Assembly: GCA_012295275.1 (NCBI GenBank)
Contig: CM022667.1
Span: 16,616,001 to 16,680,000 of the forward strand
Direction: 5' to 3'
Length of the DNA stretch: 64,000 bases
Source: Chrysomallon squamiferum
Taxonomy: Eukaryota; Animalia; Mollusca
Below the pieces are notes generated by a model, which made no database searches, was not told the DNA's origin, and was given only the letters and a program-made list of their open reading frames with translations. This document shows, piece by piece, positions 40,008-54,902 of this stretch. The first letter of the stretch is position 1. Each line of letters opens with the position of its first letter. The position numbers and the translations under genes are program-made.

Positions 40008-40271
40008 ATTATTATTAAAATTACTATTGCTATTGTTATTGTTTCTGTTCATATTGTAACTGTTTTTATGTTTAAAATGCATTACTACATAGAAAACAGC
40101 AGTAATAATAATAAGAATAAGAAGAAGAAGAAGAAGAAGAAGATGAAGAAGAAGAAGAACAGTAATAATAATAATAATAAACTACAAACTACCTTGAGTC
40201 GCTGGCATTGACAAGACAGACGAAATAATAAAATTCAAACACAGGACGAAGGAGAGCATGTGAACAGCCAT
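35923..40271 (-). CDS. Array unit 3: secreted protein, SP + Pro/Glu-rich spacer + 5-Cys half-VWC module
   Basis: Exons 40193-40271 (MAVHMLSFVLCLNFIISSVLSMPATQ), 37512-37754 (DITAEPPTEPPTEPPTESPSEP...EPPTT), 36960-37145 (AYTTPNFTTCYYLGKPYDVGPVTLDDPCLGDCYCGIGDEGYKVYCRENYGGMTAETTPPIAR), terminal 35923-35927 (K*). The stop position is shared with unit 0 (TAA/TGA followed by CACTAC). All phase 1. Confidence 0.75.
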
Positions 40272-41134
40272 GTTGTCGCTTTTCTTGTATGACTTGAGTC
40301 AGTATTTGTAATATTTAAGTAACACCTGTAGCAATTGATGTGTGACGTGTCAGTGCGGTAGACATTAAATACTCATAGCCATGGTTTTTGATTTTCCTTA
40401 TTATACTGATCTCAGCGTAAGAACATTTACGGTATTCTTCAGTTTTAAATACTAAACATCAGATACCATTAGATTAAAAACAATATTAGATAAGAATTTC
40501 TTTTTACTTGATTTCTTCTGTACTAATAGATTATCCTGCATTGAAAAAATCGTGTTTAATTTTACTGCTTTATACTCATTTATTTTATTGAATTAAAAAC
40601 GTATGTGTGTGTATATATATGTGTGTATGTATGTGCATATCTGGGCTTCTGTTTGTGTGTGTGTTTGTGCGTGTGTATTTGTGTGCTACATTTACAAACA
40701 CAATGCGAGACAAAGAAACGGCAGAAATTTCATGTACTACAGTTTCGTCATTATTTACTGAGTTTTAATATTTCACAAGTTGTTTGCACCTCGAAATAAG
40801 GTTTCTTAAAGATGGAAAACGTCGGTCTACACGAACAGAGCTTTGTAACCGTAGTAAAAAGACTCGTCGTAAGAAACAAACAGAACAAGAAGTTAGACGT
40901 AGACAAAAATGTGGTTAAAGCAGAACGAAAGGTTATGTACTGTAACAACATATCCATTCCACTGTTGTATGATGTCATCTAATGTATCCATGTGTACAGA
41001 CAGTATCCATGACTACAGTGTTATTTAATTTAGCCAGAGTATAAACGTAACTGAAACCATCTGCATAAGTTATTGATATTTTAAGATACCCATAAAAAAA
41101 TGTAATACTGAATATCACTAATAATGATAATAAG

Positions 41135-41291
<157 letters not shown>

Positions 41292-41417
41292 ATTATACCT
41301 TCAAAGACAGAATAATCTTTAATGTTCATTAAGTGAAAAGTCTCCATAACGGAAAGCTGTTTTTCAAATTTATTTATTTTCAAATTTTATAACATTAAAA
41401 ATAAATATTCATGTCCT

Positions 41418-42969
41418 TCAGCCAACAACTGGTTCAACTAATGGCGTTGTTGCTCGTGGTGCTGGAGTATTTATAGAGCAGCGAGCCTTTCCTTGTTCTG
41501 GTGGAAAATCATCTTGTGAGTCTGGTTTTGGACAAAAGCAAATACCACCGTCTCCGAAAGTCGCTGTTTGGTCACCAACTAGAACCTGGCCAAATGGAGT
41601 TATACAGGTCCGTTCTTTAAATTAAAGTAAAAAAATAAAAAAAGGTATCTATCTTTGTCTCCATATTAGATTGTATATGTATGTGCGTATCTCTGTCTCT
41701 GTGTATATATATGTTCGTATGTATGTAGGTATGTCGGTGTACATATGCATTTATCAATAACTATTTGTCAATATTATTATATATTTTTTCTTACTGTGCC
41801 AAATATTTATTCATTTACTTGTAGATGTTATAAGTGGTGTTGTTGTCGTTCCTGAACACAAAGCCACGCCATATTCTGGTCGCCATGAACCAATAACTTG
41901 TACTTGTGGAGGACATTTACAGTCACCATCATCACTAAAGTATTTCTGTTCTTCTCCATGTAACACGTGTCCTGATGGCGTTTTACAGTTACGTTCTGTA
42001 ATAATAAAAAAATAATAATAATAATAACAACAACAACAACAACAACAAATAATAATACAAAATAAACAATCTTTTTTTCATTGTATGCTCTAGTATTATA
42101 ACGAATTCGACGACTACTAATTTTATTGTCCTACTATTTCCACTAATACTACTAATACATTTATTACTACTACTACTATAACAACTATTACCACAACTAC
42201 TCCTAATGCCACTAATTATGATTCCAATAAATTTACTGTTATTAATACAATTAATATTACATTTAGGACATTATTATAAGTACTGATTCTACTATTGCCA
42301 CATATTTTACAAGACCTCCACAATAATAGTTTCTAAGTCTTCGTTACTGGCTGTTGTTATTACTCTTGCCACTATAAAATAAACATCAACAACAACAGCT
42401 ACTACACGACAACTGTTAATACTATCATTGCTAGTACAACTTCTGCTACTAATTATACTACTAATACTATTTCTACCAATAATAATTATAAGTCTAACAT
42501 TATTATTACTAATCCTACCTTTAATGATAATAGTAAGCCAACCACTGCTAATACTAATTGATCGAACTACGCTAGTAATACTACTGTTAGTATTAATGCT
42601 ACGATTACTGGTACTAACGAGACTTCTAATAATTAAACTTTTACTTCGTCTACTGCTGTTGGTATAAGGAGATACTGAAACGTTGCCTACCTCGACATGT
42701 GTATCTTCCACAGCTATCAGGTCCTTCAGGATCGAAACACATTGGTGGTAAATAATCAGCGTATATACAACGAATTTCTAATTTAAACGAAGAATAATCA
42801 GTAGACTGACAACGACACTCGTACGCACAACGCTCATAATCTGGAACGACTTGTCCAGGTCCGTACATTTGTCCATTGTGAGAGCAGTGTCGTGGTATCG
42901 GAGATGATGGTGTAGGTGGCGGTAGCTCTGTGGTATGCGCAGAACAGTAAGAACAACAACAACAACAGC

Positions 42970-43018
<49 letters not shown>

Positions 43019-44233
43019 GCAACAACAACAACAACAATAGTAATAATAATAATAATAATAAAAATTATAAAAGTAACAATAACGATGAAAATAATAATAA
43101 TAATGATAATAACAACAGCAACAATCACAACAGCTGTTGTAATAATAATGAAAGGAATCTAAAGTTTAATTTTAATATTCTGTATTTTTTATAACCTTGT
43201 CGGTATGCATACAACTACGTGAATATATCAATATATCTAGAATATTTATTATCACCAACTTAGCCGAACTTAAGCATATGCTAATCATCCTTAGGGTTTG
43301 AAAAACTCAGAATTTCTTTTTATTTATTTATCAATATATAAAGAATTCAACATGATGTATAATCTAATTGACAGTATTAACATAATCAACATAAGACGTT
43401 ACAAACATTTATTTCTAGTATTATTTTCAGATTAATAAATATTTTGAAACGGAATATTCTCAATGTCCTATCCGAGCACCTGATTTGTTTTGCATGTTGG
43501 AGACATTGTACTAATTTCTGTTATTAACTGCCAAATAGGACCTCAATAGATTCCCACAATTTTAGACCTGGATATGATTCCATTCAGCCATGTTCACGGC
43601 AGAGTTTAAACTTTTAATATAACATCGTTACTCATTTAAAGAGAAGAAGACAGAGAGAATTCTTAATATTAAGTAAACTATTCACTGCACTCAGACACTC
43701 TAAAAGGTGTATGATCTTTACAAGATAGGTGCAGGACAAGACGTGTACATTTCAGAATTGTTTTCTTCACATTTCAATCTGCGCTGTCTGCTAAGGGAGA
43801 AAATATGAAGAAACGTGACTTTCGAGGTATTGTACTTTTAAAGTGTGAGAAAACAGGAGATAAATGAAAACCACACTTATCAAGAAGAAGATATTTGTGG
43901 GTTATCAAATGAAAGAACAGATAAATATATAACCTAGCATTGTGACAGCGAAATTTATTGAATGAACCCTGGGAATATCCCATATGATTTTCCGAAGCTT
44001 ATCAATGTAGCAAAAATAAACCCAAGTCTGATTGCTTTGTATTCGTTTCATTGTTCTTGTTTGATTTTTTTTTTTTTTTTTTGGATTTCTTCAACCACTG
44101 TTAGTGAGGTCAGCACATCCCTCTTAACATCACAGAAAAGCGACTGTCTCCTCTCAGCTTTACATCGCACAAATCCAGAGTCGCCAGTTTAGAAAATGAA
44201 AATTCCAAAATGTATCACATTCAATAAATACAC

Positions 44234-44267
<34 letters not shown>

Positions 44268-44721
44268 GTTGTTGTTGTTGTTGTTGTTGTTCTTGTCGTT
44301 GTTGTTCTTTTTGTTTCAGAACCTACTATCTGGTTTGTATTCATCAAATAAAAGTGCGTATGCATGACATGAATGGATGTAGTAGATATGTGTACAACGA
44401 GCAACCTAGCATATTCTCTACCGGATAAATTGTTCATTATACACTGAGAATGGCTTCCTTTCATGGACAAAAAGCCACGCATTATACTATTGATTATTTC
44501 GCTTTAGCTATTGTTGTCGTTGTTGTTGTTGATGTTGTTCTGGTTATTTTTATTATTTTTTATTGACATCATCATTATTATAGTTACAGTGATGTTGTTA
44601 CTACTGCTATTGTTGAGGCCGTAGATATTATTATTATTATTGCTGTGGAAGTTGCTGGTGGTAATAAATGATGTAGCTGTTACTGCCTGTTAATAAACAG
44701 CAATACTAATAATAACAATAA

Positions 44722-44782
<61 letters not shown>

Positions 44783-44871
44783 TACAAATTACCTTGAATT
44801 GTTGGCATTGACAAGACAGACGAAATAATTAAATTCAAACAGAAGACGGAAAAGAGCATGGGAACAGCCAT
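41418..44871 (-). CDS. Array unit 4: intact secreted Cys-rich protein, SP + 8-Cys VWC-like + two 4-Cys modules (229 aa)
   Basis: Exons 44793-44871 (MAVPMLFSVFCLNLIISSVLSMPTIQ), 42691-42927 (ELPPPTPSSPIPRHCSHNGQMYGPGQVVPDYERCAYECRCQSTDYSSFKLEIRCIYADYLPPMCFDPEGPDSCGRYTCR), 41819-41995 (ERNCKTPSGHVLHGEEQKYFSDDGDCKCPPQVQVIGSWRPEYGVALCSGTTTTPLITST), 41418-41614 (KRTCITPFGQVLVGDQTATFGDGGICFCPKPDSQDDFPPEQGKARCSINTPAPRATTPLVEPVVG*). 690 nt in frame; AATAAA (minus) ~41375. Confidence 0.85.
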
Positions 44872-45107
44872 GTTGTCACTTTTCGCATTTAACGTTACTG
44901 AGTATTGATAACGTTTAAAAAACATTTTTCACATGCGCAATGTGAAGCCTCTGTTTGGTAAATAGGTTAAGTATATATAGAAACAAATGGTGACGTGTAA
45001 TGATGACAGCGGATCGTATCACGAGCGAAATATAGATATTAAAATAATAAGAATTCATCATGTGTATCATTTAACGTCAGGCTCTCAGTTTTTAAACTTT
45101 TCTATTA

Positions 45108-45207
<100 letters not shown>

Positions 45208-45816
45208 GTCTTTCAGTATGCATACATTTTTGGACAAGATTTAATTAGGTAGAATCTGTCAATTTAAATCCATCTTTTGTTCTTTGCAAAACTATTTTGT
45301 CACCGTCATCTTAGAAAGTAACTTTTTCCTTATAATACTTAATTTCAAACTTAACAATTTTTCAAGTTCTACCAGTTTTCTTTAATTTTAAATAGATACA
45401 TTAGATTTAAAATAAAATAGTTTCGATTTGTTTTTTCAGCTCTGTACAGATCTGTCATGCAGCACTGAGAAAAACATCTTGTTTAATTTTGCTGTTTCGG
45501 TTACATATATTTGATCTATTGACGAAAATTCATTCATGAGATGTTCACGTACTTTTATTTGATGAATACAAACCAGGTAGTAGATGCTGAAATGACATGA
45601 ACCATTTTCGTAAGATTTCTATTATGTACGACCTTCTTACGGGGAATTTTACCATATCACTCGCGTGTTTTTGGAAACTGTGAAACGTTAGACTCTACAA
45701 AAGGTTTAGAAAAAAAACGAGAAAAAAACGAATATAAATAAATATGTATGTATGTGTATATCAGTTTATTTAAATGTGTGTATGTCTGTGTCTGTGCGTG
45801 TGTAACTCTCTGTCTG

Positions 45817-45899
<83 letters not shown>

Positions 45900-46844
45900 C
45901 TCACATTTACACAGTGGCAGAGAGAGAGAGAAAGACAATAAAATAAAACTTCCTATAAACTAGATATACCTATAATAGCTTCCACGTTATTTATTCAGTT
46001 TGTTAAGATTTTCCCAGATAATTACAACATCAGAAAGAAAGATAACGGATTTTATTCAGTATTAATTATATTTTTGCAAGAGAGTATATAACATTTAATA
46101 TTTAATAACTGAAATCTAACCACTATACAGTAAATAAAGCGTAAATTGAAATTGATTTATTTTTTGTTCAATCTTTTTGTCGAATTAAATATAAATAGCA
46201 ACGTCCTTGATCCAATCATATATTCAGGTAGTCGTATCTGAAGATTGGATTATGTATGCATGTATGCACAAATATATGTATGTATGTATGTATGTAGTAT
46301 GTATGTATGTATGTGTGTATGAATGTAGGTGTGTATGTGTGTATCTATGTGTATCTATGTTGTATGTATGTATGTATTATGTATGTATGTCTTTCTGTAT
46401 GTATGTATGTATGTATGTGTCTGTATCTGTATATGTATATGTTATAGTATGTACGTATTAAAAAATATTTGTTACAAGCTGACCACTATTTCATGTAACA
46501 TTATAATGAATATTCGTTATTCAGCTACTAAGTATGTTTTATATCAAATGCAAAAGTAATTGCTCTGTTTGTGAGAACGCTGTTGTTGGTGGTGCTGCTG
46601 ATTAGATTATGTATGTATGTATGCACAAATATATGTATCTATGTATGTATGTATGTATCTATGTAGTATGTACGTAAGTATGTATGTATGTATGTATTAT
46701 GTATTACGTATGTATGTATGTGTGTATGTGTCTGTATCTGCATATCTTATATTATATATGTACGTATTAAAACAATATTATTTGATGTAACATTATAATG
46801 AATATTCCTTATTCAGCTACTAAGTATTTTTTATATCAAATGTT

Positions 46845-46978
46845 CTTCGTGGTGCTCTTCTAGATAAAGAAAAGCCACGCCATTTTCTGCTTTCCAAAAA
46901 CCAAACATTTACAGTAACCATCATAACCAAAGTTCTCCATGTATCACGTGTCCTGATGTCGTTTTACAGTTACGTTCT

Positions 46979-47045
<67 letters not shown>

Positions 47046-49072
47046 CTTTTCAATTTGATATAATTAATTAATAATCTACTTTTTTGCTGAATATATTTAG
47101 TATTACAACAATCACTGTTGTTGCAGCTACAACTACTACTACTACTGTTACCTCTTCAGCTGCTAATACTAATACTATTACTAATGCATTATTATTACTT
47201 ATATTACTAGTAGTATGTATTCTACTACTGCCACAATGTTACAACTCTTCAACAATAGTTCTTAGTCTTCATTACTGTTTGTAATTGTTACTCTTACCAC
47301 TATGAAAACAACAACTTCTACTACTGTTTCTACTACTACCATTACTACTACAACTACCGGTACTGCTACTGCTACTAATACTACAGCTACCATTCATAGT
47401 ACTATACTAATACTACTAATAATAATACTGATATAATATTACTACTAAAACTGACGGTGCAGCTACTGATACTAATACCAAGCTGTTGCATTTTCGAGTG
47501 TTGTTGGCATAAAGATAAACTGAAGAATTGTGTACCTCGACATGTGTACCACTAGTAATACTACTACTAAAAATAATAGTACGATTACTACAACTATTAC
47601 CGAGATTACTAATGATTAGACTTTCAATTCTTCTACTGATGTGGCATAAAGAGACACTGAAACACTTTTCTACCTCGATCAACAGGATCGAAACACGTTG
47701 GTGGGAATACATTCCGTTATTTACAACGAATTTCTAATTCAAATGAAAACTTAACAGTTGGCTCACAGCGACACTCCTCCGCTCAACGGTCATATTCTGG
47801 AACGACTTCTCCAGATAGGTAGTTTCGTCCTGTGACAGCAGATACGTACATGGGCAGATAGGCAGTTTTCCTCTGTAGTGTCTTTGGAGCAATAAGAAAA
47901 GCAAAAAGTAGTAATAACAACAACAACAACAACAATAATAATAACAACAAAAATAATAACATCAGAAACAATAACAATAGCTGTTATAATAATGATATGA
48001 ATCTATGTTATAGAAATCCAAACTGAAAACTATCATTTTAATTTTTATCTTCTGTAGTTGTATATCTTTTTATGTTTTATTTATTTTATCTTATTTATTT
48101 TAATTTTAATTCTTTGTATGTATTATTATTTTATTTTTTCTTATTGGGCATGGAAACAGCTACTTGTAGATATCAATACATCTAGAGTGTTTATTATCAC
48201 AACCATAGCCGAATTTAAGTATAAGCTAAACAAGCTTATCTTTTCATAGTCTGAGAAGATCTCAGACATTCTGTTTATATATTTATCAATATATAAACTA
48301 TGCAATATAATGTATATTTAAGAACCGATTTAGTCTAATTTATAATATTAACGTAATCAACAAAAGACTTTTTAAGAATTAATATCCAGATTAAAAATGT
48401 TTTGTATATTAGAAGGACTATACTAATTTCAGTTATTTAACTCCAGAGAGGACCTCTACAGATTCCTATAATTTTAGACCTGGACAGGTTTCCATTCAGG
48501 CATGTCTACCGCAGAAGTTACACGTATACAAGAAGGTTTTAATATCATATCTTTGTTCATTTTACGTGAACAACACAGAGAGTATTCTTAACATTAAACT
48601 ATTCACTGCACTCAGACACATTAACATGTTTATGATGTTTACGAGATAGGTGTAGCATTGGAATCTGCGCTAAATCTGTTAAGGGAGAAAATAATCAAGG
48701 AACGTGACTTTCGAGTTATTCTACTTTTAAAGTGTGAGAAAACAGCAGATAAATGATAAACTAACTTATTCAGCAGAAGATATTTGTAGGTTATCAAAGG
48801 AAAAAAGAGACGAATATTTAACATAACATTATAAGCATGACAGTTATTAAACTAGAACTTGGAATAGTGACGTGTGATTTTAGAAAGCTTATCAACGGAG
48901 AAAAAATAATCCCAAGTGTGGTTGTTCTATGTTTGTTTGTTGTTGTTTTTTTTTTTTTGACTTTCTTCTTTTCTTTTTGTCTATCTTTTTCTTCTTTTTT
49001 TTTTTCTTTTTTTATTATTATTATTATTATTATTGATATTATATATATATATATTTTTTTTGGTATTATTCA

Positions 49073-49120
<48 letters not shown>

Positions 49121-49752
49121 TATTTTTTTTTTTTTTTTTTTTTACTTCATATATTTTTTTTATTATATTTCTTAATTTCGTTTTTCTTACCTTCTTGTAC
49201 AATCTGACTTTTCAAAGTACAAAAATCGTCGCTCAGAGGGTCGTGCATAAAATAAATCTTACAAAAATGGTTCAAGTCATTTCAGAATCTACTGCTTGGT
49301 TTGTAGTCATCAAATAAAAGTAGTTGAGCATGCCGTGAATGAATGTAGATATGTGTACAACTGAACAATAAAGCACCGGAACATTTTGTCATACACTGAG
49401 AATGGTTTCCTTAACAAAAGGTCACTCATTATCCTGTTGATTATTTCGCTTTAGCTATTGTTGCTGTTATTGCTGTTGTTGTTGTTATTGTTGTTATTTT
49501 TTATTGACATCATCATTATCATTGTTACAGTGATATTGTTATTACTGGCATTGTTGAGGCTGTATTTATTACTACTATTATTGCTGTGGAAGACGCTGAT
49601 GTTAATATTGAAGTAGCTGTTATTAACAGCAATAATAATAATAATAATAACAATAATAATAAGTACAAATTACCTGGAGTTGTTGGCACTGACAAGACAG
49701 ACGAAATAATAAAATTCAAACAGAAGACGGAAAAGAGCATGTGAACAACCAT
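46845..49752 (-). pseudogene. Array unit 5: intact signal exon with disrupted domain exons
   Basis: Signal exon 49674-49752 (MVVHMLFSVFCLNFIISSVLSVPTTP). VWC-like exon ~47674-47872 has a frameshift and TGA/TAA; 4-Cys exon ~46845-46976 has frameshifting deletions. Confidence 0.78.
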
Positions 49753-49974
49753 AATGTCACTTTTCGTTTGTGATGTTATTCAGTATTGATAGTTTTTAAA
49801 CAACAGTTTCGAGATGCGCTGTTTGATGCCTCTGTTTGATAAATCGGTTAAATATGTATAGAAACGTCTGGTGATATTTAAAGCTCACAGCGGATCGAAA
49901 TATAGGGACTGAAATAATAACAGTTGATCATGTGTATTATTAAAATATCTCTGTCTCAGTTTTTAAATGTTTCT

Positions 49975-50062
<88 letters not shown>

Positions 50063-50328
50063 ATGTTCATACATTTATTTTATTTTTTAAATTTTTTTAT
50101 TCTTTGCAAAAATATTTTATCACTATCATATTAGACAGAGAGTTACATTTTCCTTATAACACTTAATTTCGGACTTGAAAATATTCTCCCGGTTTCCTTT
50201 AATTTTAAATACTGTGCAACAGATATATATATTATTTCATATATATTATGTAACAGTGAGATAATGTTTCTTACTGTTTTCCATACATTTATTTTATTTT
50301 ATTTTGTGAAGTCATTCATATCAAAATA

Positions 50329-50427
<99 letters not shown>

Positions 50428-50491
50428 GTATGCATTTGCATCCATCTATCTGTGTATCTGTATATGTGTGTATATATATGTGTGTGTGTCC

Positions 50492-50565
<74 letters not shown>

Positions 50566-51785
50566 AAATTATCTGTAAACAAAATAAAGCTCCGAAATCA
50601 CTTACTCAGTCTGTTACGTTATTTTCCCAGTTAATTATAGCCACTAAGTAATGTTACTAAAAGAAAAATTAATGACAGTCCACAGGTCCAACCTCACATA
50701 GCAATGTGATCTTACTAATAACACTGAGTAGAGAAAAAGATGAAGAATTTAATTCAATATTAATTATATTTTCAAAAATAGAATATACTCTTTAATTTTT
50801 AATAATTCAAAGTGAACAGTTATACAATAAATTAGTCTAAATTTTAATTTATTTTATTTCTTTTCAATCTTATATGAATTTCAAAATAAATAATCATCTC
50901 TTTGAATCAATAATATATTCAGGTGATCGTTCTGCAGATTAGATTATGTTTTTATGTATTTATGTTTGAGTATGTAAGCACGAATTAATAAATATCTGTG
51001 TGAAGTTATATAATATTATAAGAAATATCAGGTATTTTGCCCTTACAATTTTTCTTTTTTTCTTGTAACTAGTGGTTTTGTATATCTCGGTGTTGGCGTT
51101 GCAGTTGGTTTGGAACACAAAACCACGTTCAACTGTGCTCCCCAAGAGTTCATTTACGACATGCTCATGTATTTTTATTTGATGGATACGAAGCAGGTAG
51201 TAGATTCTAAAAGTGAACCATTTTCTTAAGATTTCTTTTGTGTACGACCCTCTGACCGGCGATTTCACCATACACTTGCGGGTTTCTCCAAGAACAGGTT
51301 TAAAAAATAAAACAAAACATCAAAAAACATACAAGTATATGTATGTATTTGCATCTGTGTCTGTATGTGTGTGTGTGTGTGTGCTTGTGTGTGTTTGTGT
51401 GTGCTTCTCTGTCTCTGTTTGTATTTGTTTGAGAGAATGAGAATCGTACATTTACGTAGACAGAGACAAAGAAGGAGAGAAAGACATTAAAATCAAATTC
51501 CCTATAAACAAGATATACAGATGACAACTTCCACATTATTTATTCAGTTTGTAAAGATATTTCCCAATCATATATTCAGATAATAGTCTGCAGATTAGAG
51601 TATATATGTGTGTATATGTGTGTATTAATATTTGTATAGAGTTGTACATTATTTCATACAACATTATAATGAATATTCATTAGTTAGCTACAAAATGTTT
51701 CTTATATCAAAATAAAAAGTCATTTCGCTGTTCTTTATCAGAAGGCTGTTGTAGGTGGTGGTGTTGCAGATGTCGGTGGCGTTGA

Positions 51786-51939
51786 CTAGGGTGCGGAACA
51801 CAAAGCCACTCCGTATTCTGGTTCCCAATCACCAAAATAAAACACTTGAGGAGGACATTTACAGTCACCATCATCACTAAAGTATTTCTGTTCATCTCCA
51901 CGTAACACGTGTCCTGATGTCGTTTTACAGTTACGTTCT

Positions 51940-51983
<44 letters not shown>

Positions 51984-54615
51984 TAATAAATAATTTATCA
52001 TTTGATATAATTAATTAATAATCTACTTTTATTCTGAATAGGTTAGTGTTACGACAACCACGTACTGCTTCTGCTACAGCTACCACTAGTACTGTTGTGT
52101 CTTAAACTACTAATACTAATAGTACGATACCACTGCTAATACTAATACTAATAGACTATCACTATTCAAACTAACGATGCGGCTACCACTTCTGATACTA
52201 ATGCTAAAACTAAGGCTGCGACTACTAATATTAATGCTAAAACTATCGTTATATTGATACCATCACCACTACTAATACTACGATAAAACTACTACATTTT
52301 CTACTGCTGTTAGCATAAAGAGTTACTGAGAAGACCTCCACAATAATAGTTTCTAAGTCTTCGTTACTGGCTGTTGTTATTACTCTTGCCACAATAAAAT
52401 AACCATCAACAACAACAGCTACTACACGACAACTGTTAATACTATCATTGCTAGTACAACTTCTGCTACTAATTCTATTACTAATACTATTTCTACCAAT
52501 AATAATTATAAGTCTAACATTATTATTACTAATCCTACCTTTAATGGTAACCGCTGCTAATACTAATTGATCAACTAGGATCTACGATTACTGGTACACA
52601 TTGGTGGGGAAATAATCCCTAGACATGTATATACAACCTTCAGGATCGAAACACATTTCTAATAATCAGCGTATATACAACGAATTACTAATACAGATGA
52701 AGAATAATCAGAACTAGGCTGACACCGACACTCGGCCGCACAATGTTCATAATCTGGAACGAGTTGTTCAGGTCCGTACATTTGTCCATTGTGAGAGCAG
52801 TGAGGTGGCATTGCAGGTGTGGATGTAGGTGGCGGTACCTCTGTAATATGTATGAAACAATAAGAACAACAGAAACGTTAATAATAATAATAACAACAAC
52901 AATAATAATAATAATAACAATAACCACAAAAACAACAATAATAATAACATTAACAACAAAAATAGTAACAATGACATGAATCTATATTAGGGAAATTCAA
53001 ACTGAAAACTATCATTTTAATGTATTCTATGACTTATTGCGTATGGAAACAATTCCTGGAAAATATTTATATATCTAGATTGTTTATTATCACCGCCATT
53101 GCTGAATTTGTCAACAAAGTTAAACAAGCTTAGGTTTTCATAGTCTGAGAAGGTCTCAGAAATTCGGATTATTTCTTTATCAATATGTAAACTATACACA
53201 TAACGTATATTTAAAAACAGATTTAATCTAATTTACAATATTAATTTTCAGTACTGTTTTTGAGATTAATAAATATTTTGAAACGGAATATCCTCAATGT
53301 CCAAACCGAACACCTTTCGCTTGGACTGATTGTTTTTTTCATGTTGGACGCATTCTACTAATTTCAGTTATTAACTGTAAATAGGATCGCTACAGATTCT
53401 CACAGTTTAGGACCTCAGTATAGTTTTCCATTCACCGACGTCCGCGGCAGAGTTTGCACTTTTACAAGAAGGCTTTAATATCATATTGTTGTTCATTGCA
53501 CGTGAAGAAGACAGAAAGAATTCGCTATACTTAGATACACTAAAAAGCTTTTGATCTTGACGAGATAGGAGTAGAACAAGATATACATTTCAGAATTGTT
53601 TTCTTGACATTTGAATCTGTGCTAAGTTTGTTAAGGGAGAAAATATAAGGAAACGTGACTTTCGAGTTATTTTACTTTTAAAGTGTGAGAAAACAGGAGT
53701 TAATGAAAATCAAGCTTATCCACAACAAGTTATTCATAGGCTATCAAAGGAAAGCACAGACAAGTTTATAACGTAGCATTGTGAGAGTGAAATGTGTTAA
53801 ATTATTGTTTCGTTTTTGTTCCGTGTTTTTATTTTTTATTATTATTGTTATTTTTTATTCTGTTACTTTCTTTAAATATTATTTCATTCAGGCGTTGTTC
53901 AGCACATCGATCTGAACGTCACAGAAAAGCGATTCATTCCGCTGAGTCTCTGTACAGCACATATTGCAATGTCGCCAGTTTACAAAAATAAAATTGTCAA
54001 AATCTATCACATTCAGTAAAAATAGTAGTATTATTATTATTGTTGTTGTTGTTGTTGTTGTTGTTGTTATTATTATTATTATTATTATTATTACATGTTT
54101 TTTTTTTTTTTTTTTTTTTTTTTTCTTGTTTATTTTTGTTTATTTTTGTTTATTTTTATACCTTTTATTATTATTTATTTTTCATTTACAGTCTTGAAAA
54201 GTCCGACATTTCATGCTACTCGTTATACTGTTGACTTTAAAAAACCGGACAGTGGTCAAATCTGTTCCGGTCAGTCGGTCGAACATAAATGAAATCTTTA
54301 AAAACTGGTTCGTGTCATTTCAGAATGCTACTTGAAAAATAATTTTTCTGTTACTATTACTATCATTATTTCTTATTACTGCGATTTTATTATTGACATC
54401 GTCGAGAGTGTAATTATTAATATTATTATTATTATTATTATTATTATCATCATCATCATCATCGTCATCATCATTATTATTATTATTATTATTATCATTT
54501 ATTATTACTGTGATATTATTACTGACACTGTTCAGCATTTACTTATTATTATTATAGCTGTGGTAGCTGCTGATGATAAAACTGATGTAGCTGTTACTGT
54601 GTCACTATTAACAGC

Positions 54616-54650
<35 letters not shown>

Positions 54651-54902
54651 GAAGAAGAAGAAGAAGAAGAAGAATATTAGTGACAATAATAATAATAATA
54701 AGAAGAAGAAGAAGAACAAGAACAAGAAGAACAAGAACAAGAACAAGAAAAAGAAGAATATTAGTGAAGAAGGACAAAAAGAAAATAATAATCATAAAAA
54801 TAAAAATAATACTAAGTACAAATTACCTTCAGTCGTTGGCATTGACAAGACAGAAGAAATAATAAAATGCACACAGAACAAGAAGACCATGTTAACAGCC
54901 AT
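51786..54902 (-). pseudogene. Array unit 6: SP + truncated/scrambled VWC-like exon + intact 4-Cys exon (pseudogene or truncated variant)
   Basis: Signal exon 54827-54902 (MAVNMVFLFCVHFIISSVLSMPTTE). VWC exon from 52840 is open to ...IRCIYADY* (TAG 52659-61). 4-Cys exon 51786-51937: ERNCKTTSGHVLRGDEQKYFSDDGDCKCPPQVFYFGDWEPEYGVALCSAP*. A further tail remnant lies at ~51045-51135. Confidence 0.65.

Noticed and set aside
44189-44482. MRGFLSMKGSHSQC ORF, paralogous at ~31690-31827
   Set aside because: No domain similarity, not preserved in other units, lies in intron 1.
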